Below are positions 27,080 through 36,390 of a stretch of DNA of 64,000 nt, in pieces. A model generated the notes under the pieces. That model had not been told where the DNA came from. It made no database searches and worked only from the letters and a program-made list of their open reading frames with translations. Every line of letters starts with the position of its first letter. Position 1 is the stretch's first letter. This DNA is from Spirochaetales bacterium (GTDB lineage Bacteria; Spirochaetota; Spirochaetia; DSM-27196; SLST01). The DNA lies in contig JBKHII010000014.1 of the NCBI GenBank assembly GCA_046538735.1, forward strand, positions 291 through 64,290, in the 5' to 3' direction. The position numbers and the translations under genes are program-made.

Positions 27080-28231
27080 CTACGGAGCACCGGCGGGTGC
27101 GTTGTCCCGGTCGGGTCGCGGCGATTCGGTCGGCGTCGGCTCGGGCTCGAGGTACCGATCCCAGACGAACGCGAATTCGCGACGGACCTCTGCGGACGTG
27201 ATGCCGAACGCCTCGAGCGGCTCGTTGACGTGGCGCTTTCGGTGGCGACTCGAGCGGCGTTTCGCGAACTCGCGCCAGAACCGGTCGCTCGGGGCGAGGT
27301 CGGCGAATGTGAAGAAGCGGTTGAGCGTGTCCGAGATTCGCTGAGAGATCTCTTCGAACGTGACTACGAGTAATTGGTCCTCCGGAATGCAACCGCGAAG
27401 GCGTTCGAAGGTTCGGTAGAGGGCACACGACCACTCGTACTTGCGGACCGTATAGTCTCGAAGCTCTGCGTCGTTCAGAAGCGGGGCGGCGAACCGGTGG
27501 GCGAACGCGAGGTACGACTGGAGCGCGGCATCGGGCGCGCGGACCACGTAGACGATCCGGATGTCCGGGAACGTCTCGAGAATCTCGCGGAGTCGGAACA
27601 CCGAGACGTTGCACTTGAGGACGAGTCGGTTGTGGCCGGTTGCGATCACCTGTCGTTTCAGGATCTCGCGGTAGAATCGGGCGGACGTTCTTCGTTCCCA
27701 CCTGCTGAGCCATCCGAGCCGGAATCCGGTCTCGCAAAACTCCGGGTCGGTCAGCAACCACGGGCAGTTCAAGGTGAGAATCTCCGTGTCCAGCCGATGT
27801 ATGAAGATGCCCTCGTCCTCTTCCACGCCGGCGATCCTGATCTCGTGGCCGTACTCCGACGTCTGAACGATCCCCAGGTCCATCTTGTTCAGCGCCCAGA
27901 CGAACGGAGACAGTATGCGGCGTTGGACCAGCGAGGGAAAGAGAAGCTCCCACGTGGTGAACATTCCGGCGGTATGCGAACCGTAGATCTGGCGTTGGAG
28001 GAACGTGGTCCCGCTGCGGGGGTGCCCGAGGATGAGTACCGGGCGATCGATCTCCAGCGACCGGAGCTCCGGGTAGAAGACGTAGTCGAGCGCCAGCATC
28101 AGTCGCGTCATCGCCATCATCGGCGGGCCGAGCGTGAACCAGAACATCGCGCTCGCGTACTTGCGGTGTTTCCAGAACGCGCGAACCAGCATCCAGAGGC
28201 GGGAGACGGGCCCGCGCCGTTGACGCATCAT
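27080..28231 (-). CDS. Sulfotransferase-family protein
   Basis: 5'-PSB loop GHPRSGTTFLQR and a 3'-PB-like VVRAPDAALQS. The ATG at 28231 forms ATGA coupling with the upstream membrane gene. Confidence 0.75.
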   Translation of the reverse strand: MMRQRRGPVSRLWMLVRAFWKHRKYASAMFWFTLGPPMMAMTRLMLALDYVFYPELRSLEIDRPVLILGHPRSGTTFLQRQIYGSHTAGMFTTWELLFPSLVQRRILSPFVWALNKMDLGIVQTSEYGHEIRIAGVEEDEGIFIHRLDTEILTLNCPWLLTDPEFCETGFRLGWLSRWERRTSARFYREILKRQVIATGHNRLVLKCNVSVFRLREILETFPDIRIVYVVRAPDAALQSYLAFAHRFAAPLLNDAELRDYTVRKYEWSCALYRTFERLRGCIPEDQLLVVTFEEISQRISDTLNRFFTFADLAPSDRFWREFAKRRSSRHRKRHVNEPLEAFGITSAEVRREFAFVWDRYLEPEPTPTESPRPDRDNAPAGAP

Positions 28232-29268
28232 CGCTCCGAGCCGACCCGCGTTGCCGAGCCGCTTCGGAGTCGCGCGATCAGGCTCTGGATCCCGAGGACG
28301 ATGAGCGCGAGGATCGCGACGAGGTAGTAGTCGAGAAATCTCCATCCGATCAGGATCGTGCCGATCGTTTCACCGGGCAGAATCGTGGCGAACACCAGCA
28401 GGAAGATACCCTCCGCGCCGCCGGTCGCCCCTGGGGTCGGGATGAACGCCATGGCCGCAAACACGAGCCATTGGACGACGACCACAGCAAAAACGTTCAC
28501 CTCGTAGCCCAAGCTCAATGCCAGTGCGCTTACCACCGAGTATCGAGCGATCCAGTGAATCGCGGCCAGCAGGAGGTTGACGAGGAAGCGGTTCTTCCCG
28601 CGACGAATCATTTCCCGGTAGAGCCGCTTGAACTCGTGCCAGAACCGACGCACTCGGACGCGGAACCGGGGAAGCGCCTTCGTCCGCCGGATTACGAGCG
28701 CCGCTGCGACGATCGCAAGCACGACCGTGCCCGCGACGGCGTATACCCACCAACCCTCGACGAACTGATCGGTCACGAGCTCGCCGACTCGCGCGATCCG
28801 GAACGCCGAGGCCAACACGAAGGCAACCGGCATTCCTACGAGGTAGAAGGTGAGGTCCTCGACCGCGGCGATGCTCGTGAGCGACGTTGCCTCTCCCAGT
28901 GAGACGCCATGGCCGTAGAGCATGGTCGCCTTGACGGGTTCTCCCCCCACCAGCGTGGGGCTCACCGCCGCGCCGAGTTCGGACATGACCGTGATCTGAA
29001 GCCCTTTGCGGAACGAGAAGGGATGGCCAAGGAAGTCCATCCAGTTCATGAGACGGAGCGTCTTCGTGATCCAGGGGACGAGGCGCAGCCCCGCCGCGAG
29101 GATGAAGTAGCCTGCGGCGAAGCGTCGCAGAGTGAGGAGCTCGCTCGTGTCCGTGAGCAGGATCGCGATGATCACGCTCACGGCAACGGAGACGGGCAGG
29201 ATCCACAGGATTTTCCGGACTACCGAGCGCGCGTTGAATCCGGATGTCGGCTTCGGTGCCTCAGCCAT
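28228..29268 (-). CDS. Flippase-like polytopic membrane protein (LPG_synthase_TM / UPF0104-like)
   Basis: About 8 TM segments, with the IPTPGATGGAEG motif characteristic of the lysyl-PG-synthase transmembrane (flippase-like) domain. Confidence 0.6.
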   Translation of the reverse strand: MAEAPKPTSGFNARSVVRKILWILPVSVAVSVIIAILLTDTSELLTLRRFAAGYFILAAGLRLVPWITKTLRLMNWMDFLGHPFSFRKGLQITVMSELGAAVSPTLVGGEPVKATMLYGHGVSLGEATSLTSIAAVEDLTFYLVGMPVAFVLASAFRIARVGELVTDQFVEGWWVYAVAGTVVLAIVAAALVIRRTKALPRFRVRVRRFWHEFKRLYREMIRRGKNRFLVNLLLAAIHWIARYSVVSALALSLGYEVNVFAVVVVQWLVFAAMAFIPTPGATGGAEGIFLLVFATILPGETIGTILIGWRFLDYYLVAILALIVLGIQSLIARLRSGSATRVGSER

Positions 29269-29349
29269 GGTGCGAATCAGCAGAACACGTCTTGGGCCAA
29301 AGAATCAACGGGTTTGTCCCGATGCGCCGTCCTCCGGCTCCCGCCATGC

Positions 29350-30381
29350 TCATGCACCGTCTGCGGCACGAACCGTGCTCGAGTTGCGGACGACGAGTTC
29401 GGCCGGGAGCAACACGAGCTGCCGCTCCGGCGGTGCTCCGTTCAGGAGCGAGATCAGCATCCTGACCGCTTCCCGTCCGATCCCCGCCATCGGCTGTCGG
29501 ACGGCGGTGATCGGCGGCGTGAGGAAGTCGAGGAAGCGGTAGTCGTCGAAGGTCACGAAACCCACGTCCGGGGGTGAGAGCTCGTGCTCGTGGAGCGCGC
29601 TCAGAACGTCGAACATGAAGTCCCCTCCCGCGCCAACGAGGAATGCGTCCGGTCGAGTTGCCCGGTCCTTCACGAGTTCGCTGATCGCGGCGCAGACATC
29701 CTGAGGGTGCTCGTATCTGAGATAGGAGACGTGGCTATAGTCGACGCCTGCCGCGGACAGCGCTCCGTGATAGCCGGCGGAACGTGCGGTGTTGTGCGGG
29801 TAGTCGCGAGGTCCGGAGATATACGCGACTCTTCGGTATCCCGCGTTCAGCAGGTGCTCCGTGGCGGCCCGACTCGCCGCTTCGTTGTCAATGTCCACAC
29901 TGAACGGTGCCGGTTCCTCCGGCCGTCCGATCACGACGTACGGGACCGAACGCGCCTGGAGCGGCGTCAAGAATCTGCTCCGCCCGAGCTCAGCGCTGAT
30001 GATCAAGCCGTCCACGATGCTTCTTCTGACGACAGCGTGGACCAGCGTGTCCACCTCCTCGTCGGTCTCGGCGAAGAGCAGCTCCACGGCGTAATCGTTC
30101 GCCCTCGTTTCCACCGAGATACTCGTGACAAGCGACGACCAGTATGCGCCGTTCAGGGAGTGCTCGGGTTCGTGCGGGATGAGCACCCCGATCGTGCGCG
30201 TCTTCCGGAACGCGAGTTGCTGGGCGGAGTTGTCCGGGGCGTAGCTATGGTCGGCGATGACTCTGAGTATGCGCTTGCGCGTGTCCGCGTTGATGCCCGG
30301 GTAGTTGTTGATCACCTTGGACACAGTTCCCTTGGACACATTCGCGAGTCGTGCAATGTCGCCGATCTTCAGTCGATTCAC
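29350..30381 (-). CDS. LacI-family transcriptional regulator
   Basis: HTH IGDIARLANVSKGTVSKVIN followed by a periplasmic-binding-protein-type effector domain. The GTG at 30381 is preferred; the 133-codon N-terminal extension of the ORF is implausible. Confidence 0.9.
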   Translation of the reverse strand: MNRLKIGDIARLANVSKGTVSKVINNYPGINADTRKRILRVIADHSYAPDNSAQQLAFRKTRTIGVLIPHEPEHSLNGAYWSSLVTSISVETRANDYAVELLFAETDEEVDTLVHAVVRRSIVDGLIISAELGRSRFLTPLQARSVPYVVIGRPEEPAPFSVDIDNEAASRAATEHLLNAGYRRVAYISGPRDYPHNTARSAGYHGALSAAGVDYSHVSYLRYEHPQDVCAAISELVKDRATRPDAFLVGAGGDFMFDVLSALHEHELSPPDVGFVTFDDYRFLDFLTPPITAVRQPMAGIGREAVRMLISLLNGAPPERQLVLLPAELVVRNSSTVRAADGA

Positions 30382-30494
30382 GTCGGCCCCTTGAAGCCCT
30401 CGATTCCCGGCCTGCTTGCCAGAGCATGGAAGCGATGCTATGGTGGCGTTGGTAGTTGGATCAACCGTCCTTTCCGAATCCCTACGCAATTCTG

Positions 30495-30523
30495 TTGACA
30501 AGCCGCCGTGCTCGCGACAGAAT
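30495..30523 (+). promoter_or_regulatory. Sigma70-type promoter candidate for the ABC operon
   Basis: Consensus TTGACA (30495-30500), a 17-nt spacer, then CAGAAT (30518-30523). Lies about 55 nt upstream of the SBP start. Confidence 0.4.
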
Positions 30524-30529
30524 AGTAGC

Positions 30530-30545
30530 TGGAAACCGGTTTCCA
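30530..30545. promoter_or_regulatory. Perfect 16-bp palindrome, candidate LacI-family operator
   Basis: TGGAAACCGGTTTCCA has a central CG and starts 7 nt downstream of the -10 candidate. It sits in the divergent lacI/SBP intergenic region. Confidence 0.55.
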
Positions 30546-30577
30546 AACAAGTCTCAACATCCACAAGGAGGAGTGAA

Positions 30578-32293
30578 ATGAGAAAAACCATTCTGGTTCT
30601 CTGTATGGCCCTGCTCGCCGTCGGCATGATCTGGGCGGAGGGACAGGCCGAGGCCGGCGACGGTGCCGAGCCGATCGCGACGGAGTTCCCTCGAAGCGAG
30701 ACCCTGTACACCAGCGGTACGATGTGGGGCCCGCCCAACAGCTGGAACCCGCTGATCAACTCGAACCAGGCGACCGGCACCCGTGGTCTGGTCTACGAGT
30801 CACTGTTCCTGTACGACCCTCTGGCGGACGAGTACATTCCGTGGCTCGCTACCGACGGCGAATGGATCAACGATACGCAGTACGAATTGACGATTCGAGA
30901 CGGCGTGACGTGGTCGGACGGCGAGGCGTTCACCGTTGAAGACGTCGTGTTCAGCTTCGAGGTCCATGACATGTACCCGACCCACCAGTCCGACCTTTGG
31001 GCCTATCTGGACTCGGTCGAGGCGGTCGACGACAGCACCGTGCGATTCACCTTCGGTGAGACGCTCTATCACCAGTGGGACAACACGCTGTTCATGCTCT
31101 TCATGATTCCCGAGCACATCTTCAGCGAGTACTCCGAGCAGGAGGCCGTTGGCGGTTCGAACGCGAACCCGGTCGGTACCGGTCCGTATCTCTACGAGAC
31201 GCACCAGGAAGACCGACAGGTATGGCGCAAGAACCAGAACTGGTGGGCAATCGACGCGCTCGGTCTCGAGCCGGAGCCGCGCTACATCATTGACATTCGG
31301 AACTCGAGCAACAATGTTGCGCTTGGTCAGGTCCTTCAGGGCCAGCTCGACCTGAGCAACAACTTCCTGCCGGGCATCGCCACGCTGATCGATCAGGGCT
31401 ATCCCATCGGTACGTACTATTCGGAAGAACCGTACATGCTCTCCGCGAACACCGCGTGGCTCGTTCCGAACCTCACTCGCGAGCCTCTGGATGACGTGGA
31501 CTTCCGTCACGCGCTCGCGAGTTCAATCAACGTTGGCCAGATCGTAGAGGTTGCGTACGCGAACATCGTTCAGGCGGCCAACCCCACCGGTCTGCTCCCG
31601 ACCTACGATCAGTACATCGACTGGAACCTGGTCGAAGAGATCGGCTTCTCGTACGATCCGGATGAGGCTCGTCAGATTCTGGCGGACGCCGGATACGAGG
31701 ACACCAACGACGATGGTTTCGTGGAGACCCCCGACGGCGACGAAATCGAGCTGAGCGTCATCGTTCCGTTCGGTTGGTCCGACTGGATGGAAGCGGCCCG
31801 CATCATCGCGGCCGGCGCCCGTGATGTCGGTATCAATCTTCAGGCCGAGTTCCCCGATGCACCGAGCGTAGACGACGCGCGAACGACCGGCGACTTCGAC
31901 CTCGTCGTTAACAACTGGTCTGCCCTGAGCGACACGCCGTGGACGTACTACGAGTTCCTGTTCAGCGATCCGATCCAGGAGAACATGTACAGCGGCAACT
32001 TCGGCCGGTACGACAACGAGCGGGCGTTCGAGCTCGTGGACGAGCTGGACACGATCCCCAAGGACAATCTCTCCGAGCTGCGCGAAGTGCTGTCCGAGCT
32101 GCAGCGGATCACGATGGAAGACCTCCCGATGATCCCGATGTGGTACAACGGCCTTTGGGCTCAGTGGAACAGCAACTACTGGACGAACTGGCCCTCCTCG
32201 GAGACCGACAACAACTACCTGCCCTCCAGCTGGGACAACTACTGGCAGATGGGCGGCATCCTCATGCTCTGCGAGCTTGAGGCGGTTGAGTAA
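30578..32293 (+). CDS. ABC transporter substrate-binding protein, family 5 (Opp/Dpp-type)
   Basis: Signal peptide MRKTILVLCMALLAVGMIWA and AAGGAGGAG RBS. Length and motifs fit the peptide/nickel-type SBP family. The context suggests an oligosaccharide ligand. Confidence 0.85.
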   Translation: MRKTILVLCMALLAVGMIWAEGQAEAGDGAEPIATEFPRSETLYTSGTMWGPPNSWNPLINSNQATGTRGLVYESLFLYDPLADEYIPWLATDGEWINDTQYELTIRDGVTWSDGEAFTVEDVVFSFEVHDMYPTHQSDLWAYLDSVEAVDDSTVRFTFGETLYHQWDNTLFMLFMIPEHIFSEYSEQEAVGGSNANPVGTGPYLYETHQEDRQVWRKNQNWWAIDALGLEPEPRYIIDIRNSSNNVALGQVLQGQLDLSNNFLPGIATLIDQGYPIGTYYSEEPYMLSANTAWLVPNLTREPLDDVDFRHALASSINVGQIVEVAYANIVQAANPTGLLPTYDQYIDWNLVEEIGFSYDPDEARQILADAGYEDTNDDGFVETPDGDEIELSVIVPFGWSDWMEAARIIAAGARDVGINLQAEFPDAPSVDDARTTGDFDLVVNNWSALSDTPWTYYEFLFSDPIQENMYSGNFGRYDNERAFELVDELDTIPKDNLSELREVLSELQRITMEDLPMIPMWYNGLWAQWNSNYWTNWPSSETDNNYLPSSWDNYWQMGGILMLCELEAVE

Positions 32294-32334
32294 GCCTACG
32301 ACCTACGAGCATCCAGATAGTAAAAGCAGAAGCG

Positions 32335-32361
32335 CGGCAAGGGGGCATCGCCCCCTTGCCG
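32335..32361 (+). other. GC-rich stem-loop between SBP and permease genes (mRNA stabiliser/attenuator candidate)
   Basis: 12-bp stem CGGCAAGGGGGC / GCCCCCTTGCCG with a 3-nt loop. No T-tract follows. Confidence 0.4.
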
Positions 32362-32423
32362 TCTGAACCTGCCTCGGCCTGCTCCCCTCGGGGGGCTGCG
32401 CCGGGTGATTCGCGGAGATACCA

Positions 32424-33413
32424 TTGGGACGCTACTTACTGAGGAAGGTATTCGTTTACCTCGTGATCTTCTTTTGCGCCGTCACGATCAACTGGATCAT
32501 CCCGCGGGCGATGCCCGGTGATCCGGTTCAATCGATGATTGTGCGCGCGGGTATTCGCGCAGATTCCGCGCGGCTACTCACCTCCTACTACACGCAGGCC
32601 TTCGGACTGGACGTACCGATGTGGCAGCAATACGTCAACTACTGGCGCGCGCTCTTCCAGGGCGACTTCGGGACGAGCATTTATCTCTTTCCCGCTCCGG
32701 TCATCCAGGTGATCAGGAATGCCGTGCCGTATTCGCTTGCATTGATGCTACCGGCGATACTGCTGAGTTGGTGGGCAGGGAACAAGTTCGGCGCATTCGC
32801 CGCTCGCCGCGAGAAGCTCGACAACACGCTCTTGCCGGTGGGATACCTTGTAACCGCAACTCCGTACATGTGGGTTGCGATTGTGCTCGCCTTCTTCTTC
32901 GGGGCCGTGCTCGAGTGGTTTCCGATCGCCGGTGGCTTCGCGTTCGGCCTGCGCCCAACGCTCAGCTGGGCATTCATCGGCAGCCTGTTCTATCACTGGG
33001 TCCTGCCGTTCCTCTCGCTCTTTGTCGTCATGTTCGGGAGCTGGGCGATCGGCATGCGCAACCTGATCATTTACGAGCTCGAGTCCGACTACGCGCACTA
33101 CCTGGAGACTGCCGGCGCTCCCCGCCGTCTGATTCGGAAGTACGCTTTCCGAAATGCGATTCTGCCGCAGATCACAGGCCTCGCGCTGCAGCTCGGCGTG
33201 ATCATTGCCGGGAGCGTGGTAACGGAGGCGGTCTTCGCGTATCCGGGGCTCGGGAGCCTCTTGATATCCGCGATTCAGAACCAGGACTACTTCCTGATGC
33301 AGGGATGCTTCCTGATGATCGTCATCGGCGTTCTGGTGGCGAACTTCCTGATCGACCTCACCTACATGGTTGTTGACCCTCGAACGCGCGCAGGAATGCA
33401 GGGAGGAGAATAA
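32424..33413 (+). CDS. ABC transporter permease (DppB/OppB-type)
   Basis: N-terminal YLLRKV..., 6 TM segments, EAA-like loop. TAATG junction with the next gene. Confidence 0.9.
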   Translation: MGRYLLRKVFVYLVIFFCAVTINWIIPRAMPGDPVQSMIVRAGIRADSARLLTSYYTQAFGLDVPMWQQYVNYWRALFQGDFGTSIYLFPAPVIQVIRNAVPYSLALMLPAILLSWWAGNKFGAFAARREKLDNTLLPVGYLVTATPYMWVAIVLAFFFGAVLEWFPIAGGFAFGLRPTLSWAFIGSLFYHWVLPFLSLFVVMFGSWAIGMRNLIIYELESDYAHYLETAGAPRRLIRKYAFRNAILPQITGLALQLGVIIAGSVVTEAVFAYPGLGSLLISAIQNQDYFLMQGCFLMIVIGVLVANFLIDLTYMVVDPRTRAGMQGGE

Positions 33414-34342
33414 TGGGTGACGTTGCTACCGATACGCTGCTCGAAGCGTCGGCGGAAAAGATAGAACATGGCGAGAGTGGAGGGCCGGGGAAGAAGGGCA
33501 AGAACGAAATCCTCTACTTCGCGCTTCGTAACGGAAAGGTGCGGGTTGGCCTGGTCGTCGTGGGGCTGTTCCTGCTCATCGCGATCGCCGGGCCGTGGTT
33601 TGCCCGGCACGAGCCATTCGGATACAACAGCGGCGCCGGCGGCATCGCGCCGAACGAGCAGTTCTGGATGGGTACGACCTATCAGACACAGGATGTCTAC
33701 TCGCAGTTCGTTCACAGCCTGCGAGCGGCATTCATCGTCGGCGGGCTCTCCGGAAGCATCGCGACTCTCATCGGCATGGTGATCGGATTCGTCTCCGGCT
33801 ACCGCGGCGGATGGGTGGACGATCTCTTGAGCGGAGTCACGAACGTCGTGCTCACGATCCCGGCGATCGCGGTACTGATCATCATCGCCGCCTATCTCGA
33901 GGTTCGAAGCGTGTTCACGCAGAGCCTCCTGATCGGAATACTGAACTGGCCGTGGGTGGCGCGTGCCGTTCGGGCGCAGACGTTCTCGCTCCGGAACCGG
34001 GATTTCGTGGATCTCGCTCGCATGAGCAGCGTTCCGGCCCTCAAGATTATCTTCCGGGAGATCGCTCCGAACATGTACTCGTACCTGTTGATGGTCTTGA
34101 TCCTGCAGTTCGGCGGCACGATCCTCACGGCGGCGACCCTCGACTTCCTTGGTCTCGGACCAACGAACGCGATATCGCTCGGCATCATGATGAGTCAGGC
34201 GGTCGAGTGGAACGCCCTGCAGTTCGGGCTCTGGTGGTGGTTCATTCCGCCCGGTCTCGCGATCACGTGCATCGTGGGAGCGCTCTACATCACCAATGTT
34301 GGCCTGGACGAAGTGTTCAATCCGAGACTGAGGGAGACCTAA
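33413..34342 (+). CDS. ABC transporter permease (DppC/OppC-type)
   Basis: Polytopic, with typical OppC N-terminal and EAA regions. Tightly packed in the operon. Confidence 0.9.
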   Translation: MGDVATDTLLEASAEKIEHGESGGPGKKGKNEILYFALRNGKVRVGLVVVGLFLLIAIAGPWFARHEPFGYNSGAGGIAPNEQFWMGTTYQTQDVYSQFVHSLRAAFIVGGLSGSIATLIGMVIGFVSGYRGGWVDDLLSGVTNVVLTIPAIAVLIIIAAYLEVRSVFTQSLLIGILNWPWVARAVRAQTFSLRNRDFVDLARMSSVPALKIIFREIAPNMYSYLLMVLILQFGGTILTAATLDFLGLGPTNAISLGIMMSQAVEWNALQFGLWWWFIPPGLAITCIVGALYITNVGLDEVFNPRLRET

Positions 34343-35311
34343 GTGAGTTTGCACATAGAAGACCTTACCGTTCACTACCAGACCTTGAGCGGCGAGGTGG
34401 AAGTACTGGACGAAGTGTCGCTCAACGTGCCGGACGGCGAAATCCTCGGGATCGCGGGGGAGTCCGGCTGCGGCAAGACCACGCTCGTAAACGCCCTGAT
34501 CAGACTCGTCCCGCCCATGAAGATCATCGGCGGGAAGGTCGAGCTGGACGGCGTGCAGCTTCCGGTGGGCAACTTCGAAGCAATGAATAAGCATCGATTG
34601 AAGGACCTCGCGATCATCCCGCAGTATGCGATGAGCGCGATGAACCCCACTCGGAAGATCGGCCGGATGATCTCCGAGCTCATGGAAGCACGCGGCGTGA
34701 ACGTGAAGAAGGCGATGGACGACCTGAACACCCGGCTCGATCTCGTCAACCTCTCGCGCGACGTGCTCACGATGTACCCCATCGAGCTCTCCGGCGGCAT
34801 GAAGCAGCGAATGGTCATGGTCCTTTCCACGCTGCTCAACCCGTCGCTGCTGATTGCGGACGAGATCACCTCGGCGTTGGACGTCTCCACGCAGAAGGCC
34901 GTTGCCGAGATGCTCGTGGGATTCCGCGACCGCGAGTTCGTGAAGTCGATCATCTTCATCAGCCACGACGTCTCGATCCTCTATCAGGTCGCCGACACGA
35001 TTCTCATCATGTACGCCGGGCAGCTCGCCGAGAAGGCGAGCACCAGGACGATCATCAGCAATCCGAAGCATCCGTACACGAAGATGCTCATCGGTTCGCT
35101 TCCGAAGGTCGGTGTGAAGTACGAGAACAAGAAGCTGCAGGGCATCCCCGGCAGTCCTCCGCTCCTCATCAATCCGCCGGTGGGTTGCCGGTTCCGCGAT
35201 CGCTGTCCGCTCGCGTTCGAGAAGTGCGTGGAGACGCCTCCGTTCAGAGAAGTCGAACCGGGTCGGTCCGTCGCATGCTGGAAGGTAATGGAAGACTATG
35301 GTCAAGGTTGA
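34343..35311 (+). CDS. ABC transporter ATP-binding protein (DppD/OppD-type)
   Basis: Walker A GESGCGKT, signature LSGGMKQR, Walker B LLIADE, and an oligopeptide-type C-terminal Cys-containing extension. Confidence 0.9.
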   Translation: MSLHIEDLTVHYQTLSGEVEVLDEVSLNVPDGEILGIAGESGCGKTTLVNALIRLVPPMKIIGGKVELDGVQLPVGNFEAMNKHRLKDLAIIPQYAMSAMNPTRKIGRMISELMEARGVNVKKAMDDLNTRLDLVNLSRDVLTMYPIELSGGMKQRMVMVLSTLLNPSLLIADEITSALDVSTQKAVAEMLVGFRDREFVKSIIFISHDVSILYQVADTILIMYAGQLAEKASTRTIISNPKHPYTKMLIGSLPKVGVKYENKKLQGIPGSPPLLINPPVGCRFRDRCPLAFEKCVETPPFREVEPGRSVACWKVMEDYGQG

Positions 35312-36302
35312 TAACGTATCCAAGGTATACAAGGTCGGCGCCCTCGGCGGCAGGCGACTCGAGGCGGTCAGCCGCGTCTCCTTCGAGATCCCGGACGGAC
35401 AGGTCGTCTCGCTCATCGGCGAGAGCGGAAGCGGCAAGAGCACGATCGGCAAGATGATGCTCGGGATCACTCCGATCACGAGCGGCACGATCAGCATCGA
35501 CGGCGAGGACATCACCGAGCTGCTCCACCGAGACAAGCGGGAGTACTATCGTCGCGTGCAAGGCGTCTTCCAGGACCCGTTCAGCTCGTACAATCCGATT
35601 TTCAAAGCCGACCGAGTCTTCCGCATCATTCGTGAGGAGTTCTATCCGAACGTCAAGGAGGCGGAGTGGAAGGCAAAGGTCCACGATGCGGTTCGAGCCG
35701 TGGGGCTCAATCCCGCTCACGTGCTGAACAAGTATCCGCACCAGCTGAGCGGCGGACAGCTGCAGCGCTTTCTGATCGCTCGCGCGCTTCTTCTGGACAT
35801 CAAGTTCCTCGTTGCGGACGAGATCATCAGCATGCTGGACGCGTCGACCCGCATTGACGTACTCAACCTCCTCGCAGAGGTGAAGAAACGCGGACTCTCG
35901 ATCCTCTTCATCACGCACGACCTCTCGCTCGCGAACTACATCTCCGAGCGCGCAATCATCCTCTACCGCGGACGCATCGCCGAGTACGGTCTCACGGAGA
36001 AGATCTTCGGCAATCCGCTTCATCCCTATACGAGGATGCTGCTCGAGTCGGTGCCTCGCCTGGACCAGGAGTGGAAGACGGAGGAGATCTCGCTCGAGAC
36101 GAAACCGGAGATCGAGCGGCACGCAGGCTGCGTCTACTACGATCGGTGCCCTGTCTCGGATGTCGCGATCGGGTGCACGGCCGAGGAGCCGCCCCTTGTT
36201 GAGGTCGAGCCGGACCACTGGGTCTCGTGCTACCACTACACCGGGTCGGAGGCGACGGAATCCGGACCGGAGAAGCTCCAGACGAGCGGCGTGGGCGAGT
36301 AG
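35298..36302 (+). CDS. ABC transporter ATP-binding protein (DppF/OppF-type)
   Basis: Walker A GESGSGKST, signature LSGGQLQR, Walker B FLVADE. Confidence 0.9.
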   Translation: MVKVDNVSKVYKVGALGGRRLEAVSRVSFEIPDGQVVSLIGESGSGKSTIGKMMLGITPITSGTISIDGEDITELLHRDKREYYRRVQGVFQDPFSSYNPIFKADRVFRIIREEFYPNVKEAEWKAKVHDAVRAVGLNPAHVLNKYPHQLSGGQLQRFLIARALLLDIKFLVADEIISMLDASTRIDVLNLLAEVKKRGLSILFITHDLSLANYISERAIILYRGRIAEYGLTEKIFGNPLHPYTRMLLESVPRLDQEWKTEEISLETKPEIERHAGCVYYDRCPVSDVAIGCTAEEPPLVEVEPDHWVSCYHYTGSEATESGPEKLQTSGVGE

Positions 36303-36390
36303 GCATCGATCCGGCGCGCGGGTGGGGCTGTCCGGACCGTGCTCCCGCCCCCCGCGAAACGTGGGATTGTGCCGATCATAGTCCGACGCT

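Noticed and set aside
30382-30780. 133-codon N-terminal extension of the LacI ORF
   Set aside because: The extension has no protein-like features and would run through the promoter/operator region and into the divergent SBP gene. The HTH begins right after the GTG at 30381.
33362-35536. 724-aa ORF antisense to the ABC permease/ATPase genes. Similar long opposite-strand or off-frame ORFs occur at 1304..2743, 4606..5919, 7617..8699, 13898..15427, 20705..22117, 26913..27953, 36769..37761, 39737..41350, 46026..47240, 52148..53671, 59434..60696 and 62619..63959.
   Set aside because: Their translations are Arg/Pro/Gly/Asp/His-rich low-complexity strings with no motifs. Each lies opposite a gene with clear family signatures. 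Long stop-free shadow frames are expected in GC-rich DNA.
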